Shown piece after piece: positions 8,536-13,421 of a stretch of 13,421 nt of DNA; within the stretch, counting starts at the first letter, position 1, and the number at the start of each line of letters is the position of its first letter. Where the stretch lies: positions 3,238 through 16,658 of the forward strand of contig JAKMXF010000126.1 of NCBI GenBank assembly GCA_024704765.1, written 5' to 3'. Below the pieces are notes generated by a model. The model was not told where the DNA came from. It ran no database searches and saw nothing but the letters and a program-made list of their open reading frames with translations. A program made the translations under genes and the position numbers. Source of the DNA: Oopsacas minuta (Eukaryota; Animalia; Porifera).

Positions 8536-9878
8536 CAGGGTGTCTCAAATTTATTGCGGTGTTGTATTAGATCAACTATAATGAAATAAGAACAGTGTAA
8601 TCGGATACAGCTTCAATTTACTAGTGCGAATATTATAAGCCAACCTTAGTAATTATAAATATGCATTATACCATAGATGGTTGTAGTTATTTTTGGAATT
8701 TTGAGTTTAGCTTAGAGTATTGGCGAATAATTAGCAGATAAATGTGCGTTTGGAAAAGTTGAAGTCCGTAACAGGGCCATTGGAATGCTGCTTAGTGAAA
8801 AACACAAAAGACCGTTTCTCTCTCTCTTAGAAAAGATGTTTCAACCATACAAAGATGGTGGTAGAAACATAAAGCACATAGAAGCCTACAACATAAGAGG
8901 GGTGCTGGACATCCGAAAAGGTTATCCAGAGTCTCAAAGATTGTTATCGCGAAATCATTGGGCAAGAGACACAAGTCGACAAGATCTATGGCTAAGAAAC
9001 TTACAAACATAGGAAATACTGTTTTAAAGGACACTGTATACCGGTATTTGTTCAAGGATTTAAAAGTTCAACCTTATAAAAGGCCAAAAACTCCCTTACT
9101 AACAGAATTTCATAAGAAAACAGACTAAGCTTCTGTATGGATAAGGTGAATTGGACAGTGGATGATTGGAAACGTGTACTCGGGTCAGGCGAATCTCCCT
9201 ATGAGTGATTTCACCCATCGAATCCACCGAACGATCGAATATGGGCAAGAGACGGTACACAAGTAACTCCCTGCCAAACTGTTAAATTTCCCGCAAAAGT
9301 GATGGTTTTGGGTATGGTGAGCTATCAAGCGCTTTCTACACTCCATGTATTGCCTCAAAAAGAGACAATTAATGCGAAATAATATGTAGACGAGATTCTA
9401 GAAGAGCCATGTATTCAAGCGTTGCGTAGAACCGATGAAAATGGAGGGATCCTAGGAAGGAAAATGATACCAGCCATGTCCAAAGCGATATTTATGCAGG
9501 ATGGAGCTCCGGCTCATACAGCTAGAAAGACTCAAGGCTGGTCCAGAGAGAACTTACCTGGGTTCTGGGAGAAACAGAAGTGGCCAGGCAACTCTCCGGT
9601 TCTCAACCCAATTGAGAATATTTGGTTAATCGTTCAAGATTTGATTAACAAGATCAAGCCTGCTGTCAACGTGAATGATTTGGACAAGATGCTAAAAAAT
9701 GCTTGGTCATCAATCGACCCTAATATTTTAGAAAGATTGTACTTAGGGATACCAATGCGCGTTCAGAAATTTATAGAATTGTCAGGGGAATATATTGGCA
9801 AATAGAACTTTATCAAAGTGTATTAATTCTAAGGTTATTGAGTATTTTACAATACCGCAATATTATTGAGACACCCTG
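8536..9878 (+). mobile_element. Full-length (1343 bp) DD37E ITm transposon, inactivated; same family as 4611-5950
   Basis: TA|CAGGGTGTCTCAAATTTATTGCGGTGTTGTA ... TACAATACCGCAATATTATTGAGACACCCTG|TA: 31-bp TIRs with 4 mismatches, and a TA duplication. Confidence 0.95.
8731..9805 (+). pseudogene. DD37E transposase pseudogene
   Basis: VEVRNRAIGMLL/..DVSTIQRWW*..KSLGKRHKSTR..WKRVLGSGES (first catalytic Asp codon is GGC at 9188-9190)..FPAKVMV..FMQDGAPAHT..WPGNSPVLNPIE (D-37-E)..ELSGEYIGK*. Start position is approximate. Confidence 0.92.
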
Positions 9879-10324
9879 TATACTCTATTAGCTGTATGAA
9901 CGCTTGAATTTGATTGGCTGTTCGTTCGAGAGTAAAGTGTGTAGTTTGAGTACTAGTGCTTACAATATTGTTTCTATGGAATATAAAACAACAAATAATG
10001 GACAAATTATGAATATGTGTTCACGATAACTAACAAATATCCAAAGATTCTTGGTAGACAAACAATTTTGAACAGGTCTAAAATTGTAGAAAATATTCAT
10101 TGGCACGCATTGTGCAAAGTAATTTTATTAAATCATGGATACCATTAGAGATTGATCATAAAGTCTCGATCAAAAGGTAATGCAGCTGGGAAATAGATAT
10201 ACAGTTTCGCAATAGGGGAGTTTCTATGTATTATATGACAAGAATATTCACATAGGAAAACGCTTACATCAGACTAGAAGTATATTTATTGCGAAGACAA
10301 TCAAATTAGACCACAATGAGTGTA

Positions 10325-10502
10325 CAAGTGGACCAATAAATACTGTTACTCGCGTTATTAGATTTATCAGTAAAACTATGATCCTTTCTTGCTCTAAATC
10401 AGTCTATGTAGTTATATGTACTCAAATTATCAAATTTTTGGTTATTGTTCGATTGTGCCACTTTTGGCTTTTACACAGCTCTTCAGATGTCCAACAAAGG
10501 AC
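10325..10502 (-). mobile_element. C-terminal tail (stop at 10442-10444) and probable 3' TIR of the maT-like element whose body lies at 1361-2080
   Basis: SFVGHLKSCVKAKSGTIEQ* reads in frame from GGAC. The candidate TIR TA|CAAGTGGACCAATAAATACTG starts at 10325; it has no partner in the window, so it is less certain. Confidence 0.8.
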
Positions 10503-10671
10503 TGTTGTATGATATTTTGAGGCACTATGATATTTTGACGCACTGTATTATAGTACCATGGATATTCAATATCTATAATATTTTGAGGCAGTTGGAATCC
10601 ATAGAAGTTTGTGCGATTAATTTAGTTTCAGTTTGACTTGATGATAATCTCAGTTATTACCAGATATATAT
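10503..10671 (+). mobile_element. Left terminal inverted repeat (starts TGTTGTATG) of the Ginger-like element, with an internal 18-bp tandem duplication
   Basis: Inverted copy of 1210-1360. The duplication is atgatattttgaggcact (10509-10526) / atgatattttgacgcact (10527-10544). Confidence 0.75.
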
Positions 10672-10719
10672 GAAGGTCTTTAGTTTTCATCTAAAATTTA
10701 ACCTTTTTTTCAAAATGTA

Positions 10720-11009
10720 CAGGGTGTAACGAAAGTGTTGATACCTTTTATTATCCTATGAAAATCTTAAATATTAATGAACCATACAGAGTTTGTTTCC
10801 TATACTTTTCTTAAATATAGTTATAGTACTTTAGATTATTTCTGATTACATTAATTACTTATATTATTCAAATATTTGAATTTNTCTCGCATTAATAAAT
10901 GTTTAAAATTAAATGGAGATTACATAGGAAAGTAAATAGCACACCTTTCTAGTTCGCATTATTGAAATATGCATGGTATAAAATGGGACATCAATTTCTT
11001 AACACCCTG
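10720..11009. mobile_element. 290-bp non-autonomous Tc1/mariner-type element (MITE)
   Basis: TA|CAGGGTGTAACGAAAGTGTTG ... CATCAATTTCTTAACACCCTG|TA with an AT-rich non-coding interior. The ends resemble the TIR at 3726. One ambiguous base (n) at 10884. Confidence 0.85.
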
Positions 11010-11011
11010 TA

Positions 11012-11378
11012 CATCAGGCTATTCTTTTGGAAACATGGAGGTCGGTGAGTGCTGGAACTCGGACAGCCCGCTTGTTGACAAAGTTTTGCCTCTTTACCTG
11101 AGCATGAAGAGTACTTATGGATACAGGAGAGCTCAATCTCGGTGGTATAGAGCGTAGAGAGGTCCTCGGATTGCTTTGATACAAAGCAGCTATCCTTCTT
11201 TTGTCATTTCCCTTGATTTTTGAAGGCTTTTTTCATCTTTCATCAGATTCAAGACACGATATACAGTCTGCTTAGGTATACTTGTTCGCTGGCAGATATC
11301 CACGTCTTTGGTAACTCCTGCATTTTATAGTGTCTCTATTTTATTTCTACGCTGTTATTGGGTAGAATGCTTGTACAT
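11012..11378 (-). pseudogene. N-terminal (paired-like HTH) fragment of a Tc1/mariner transposase, cut by the MITE
   Basis: MYKHSTQ*QRRNKIETL*NAGVTKDVDICQRTSIPKQTVYRVL..SNPRTSLRSI..VSISTLHAQVKRQNFVNKRAVRVPALTDLHVSKRIA*C, in a single frame with three stops. Confidence 0.75.
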
Positions 11379-11633
11379 TGTACAAAATATGCGGTCTTAG
11401 ATGACGGAAATGGGGTCTCGAAATATATATAGGTATATTTGCTTGGGAATCCCAATATTTCAGCCAAACAAACGAAATATTATGTGAAATAGCGAATCTA
11501 TTGGTTTTCTAACAATTATAGGAAGTGTATATATACAATAAGGTAAATGGTTGTATAATATGTGCATAACCTGATATCCTTCATGGTGATTCAAGTTAAT
11601 CATGAGAAGTCCCAATAATTTCCGAACATACTC

Positions 11634-11808
11634 TATCTGGTGTGTGCTATCCTGGGACTCCCGTGCTTTCCTCTTCATGCCTGCCTCCGCTTCACAACAG
11701 TCCGCTGCCTGCTCGTCAGGTCCATGGGAGTGCTCATTCGTGCGCTTGACTATCACCATCCCTTTGATGTGAACTCTAGCTTTTGCAGACTCTTTGCTCA
11801 CACAACCA
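11634..11808 (-). pseudogene. FLYWCH-type zinc-finger fragment, probably from a Mutator-like (MULE) transposase
   Basis: Removing one extra A gives WLCEQRVCKARVHIKGMVIVKRTNEHSH (W-x-C-x4-C..H-x-H), followed by EAEAGMKRKARESQDSTHQI. No DDE domain follows. Confidence 0.75.
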
Positions 11809-11820
11809 ATCCGCCACATT

Positions 11821-11870
11821 TCTTTCTCTACTCACTCCACTCCTCTCCTCCCCTCCCCTCTATCCTCTCC
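11821..11870. repeat. CT-rich low-complexity tract
   Basis: tctttctctactcactccactcctctcctcccctcccctctatcctctcc. Confidence 0.7.
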
Positions 11871-11949
11871 ATTGAGGTGCAGCTACCATGGAAGAAGAAC
11901 AGTGGTTATGATACGGTAGCTGCACTTCTCTTGATCTTTCTCCTACAAC

Positions 11950-12050
11950 TCTCTTATATATATATTATTTTAATTCATCATAATTATTTATTCTCTTATT
12001 TTTATTATATTTATCATTATTTTTATCATTATTTTTATTCAATTATATTT
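11950..12050. repeat. TTA/TAT-rich low-complexity tract
   Basis: Repeated ttattttta/tcattattttta motifs. Confidence 0.7.
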
Positions 12051-12683
12051 GTAGACACATGTATATTAGACATTAAATATAGTTAATTTATGACTTAACT
12101 TTATTCATTTGTCTTGTTACGAGTAGAAACCTAAAGGGTTAATTTCCAGGCGCGAACGGGGTGATTCAAACTTTACGTAACACTTAATGCCTGAATTGGA
12201 TATCCTACTGGCAAGTATTCTTTTGTCCCCATTTTGTAAGATCATTGTGAAGGGGTATGAAGTTCATTTAATCATGGCCTATGTGATATCATGATTATAA
12301 GTTAAATGAATAAAATATCTGTTACAGATATCATTCCGATCTATGTCAGCAAAGCCAATATTTAAAAGTGGATGGCTAGTTTACTTAACGGAAACAGAAC
12401 CCATCCAGAGATTAAATTATCACCTATATTTACTGTATAAAGGTGTTGGCCAGATTAACTGGTGGCTCTATTAAGCGGAGTCCACCTTATTATTAAAGGA
12501 ATTTAAGTAGCAATTTTGTGTTAGGCCAGCTCAATGTGGGGAAATATAAGAAAGATTTTCCATAGAAGAACAGCTTCAAATTGTATTATGATAAATCCAG
12601 ATTGATTTTATTTATAGTTTTCCAAAGGTATGGATAAATTCTTTGATCACAGATCGTGCAATCCATACTTTACTACTTGTATA

Positions 12684-13421
12684 CAGTCTGTAACATAATT
12701 ATTGAGAATTATTCAATGAACTAGATCAGAATCAATTTTCCTGAAATGAGTACTAATTCATGTGATTTTGCTTCAAAAAACATCACTAGTTAATAATTTA
12801 TAGCAAAACCACCAGATTCTATTACCATCTGGCATCTGTGTGGCATCGAATCACAATATGGCTTTAGAAATTCAGGGGTTAGCTTTTCCCATACAATTTC
12901 AAGCTTCTTCCTTAGCTCTGAAATTGTCCTAGGAGCCACTTTATAAGTTCTCGTTTTACCCAACTGAAAACATTTTCTATTGGGTTGATATTGGGGCTCT
13001 GAGAAGGCCAAGGAAGATGATTCAGGATGTTCGGAACAAGATATGTCTTGACAAGTTTAGAGGTGTGCTTTGGGTAGTTGTCCATGACAAGACTCATTCA
13101 TTTTGGTGGAAGATTTCTGCCTGAGTTAACAAATGCCCTTCTAGAAAATCAACAAACATTTGACTGTTCATGTTTTCGGTGAAAATAGATAGAGGAAATG
13201 TTCCCATTGAACTAAACCCCGCCCAAACATTGATCTTTGGAGAATGCTTAGTTGTCGGGACAATTCGTTTTTGGCCTGATTTTGTCCACATTTTGATCCT
13301 TCCTCGAGCAGGCCAAATCGAAATTTCATCAATAAATACTGTTTGGTACCACGCTTTCTTGGGATATTTGTACTTCTTAGCCCATTGCAGCCTTGCAAGT
13401 CGATTTTTCTCGCTAATCATT
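12684..13421 (-). mobile_element. Tc1 (DD34E) transposon, 3' portion; transposase pseudogene 12790 to beyond 13421
   Basis: TA|CAGTCTGTAACATAATTATTGAG TIR. Translation RLQWAKKY..VFIDE..KHSPKINVWAGFS..*SLVMDNYPKH..WPSQSPNINPIE (D-34-E)../..DSMPHRCQMVIESGGFAINY*. Confidence 0.92.

Noticed and set aside
688-9055. Short ORFs 688-873, 3199-3387, 3950-4186, 5448-5675, 8792-9055
   Set aside because: They are antisense shadows of the OTU, coiled-coil or transposase frames, with no recognisable motifs.
9881-10010. Possible end of another non-autonomous element (TGATTGGCTG..ATAAAACAAC)
   Set aside because: No partner end, TSD or second copy in the window.
1210-10671. LTR retrotransposon (TG...CA ends, 4-bp TSD)
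   Set aside because: The long repeats are inverted rather than direct, and no PBS, PPT, gag or RT is seen.
10672-10717. Continuation of the 11012-11378 transposase past the MITE (F*KKG*ILDEN, resembling WxxVIFSDE)
   Set aside because: Too short, has two stops and the wrong spacing; it cannot be told from chance.
2890-11157. Short ORFs 2890-3102, 3582-3773, 6661-6882, 7502-7723, 8386-8589, 10445-10636, 10969-11157
   Set aside because: They run across element boundaries or TIRs, or are compositionally biased; no family motifs.
11640-12086. 148-aa plus-strand ORF
   Set aside because: It is antisense to the FLYWCH fragment and then passes through CT- and TTA-rich low-complexity DNA.

Overview
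This is AT-rich eukaryotic DNA and mostly a nested graveyard of DNA transposons. No intact protein-coding gene, RNA gene or CRISPR array is supported. It holds at least seven IS630-Tc1-mariner (ITm) remnants: two full-length but inactivated DD37E elements (4611-5950, 8536-9878), a third partial DD37E, two maT/DD37D-like fragments, a Tc1 DD34E copy running off the right edge, and an N-terminal Tc1-like fragment. There is also a 290-bp TA-flanked MITE, a FLYWCH/MULE fragment and two ~59-bp tandem repeats. The most notable structure is a pair of ~151-bp inverted termini (TGTTG...CAACA, each abutting GGAC) that resemble Ginger DNA transposon ends. The arm at the left of the window carries an apparently spliced OTU deubiquitinase-like gene. 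These ends split a maT-like transposase exactly in frame, but the two halves lie in permuted order 9.1 kb apart. That points to a large tandem duplication, a circle/cointegrate-type rearrangement, or an assembly artefact. All alignments and translations were done by eye; no database searches were run.
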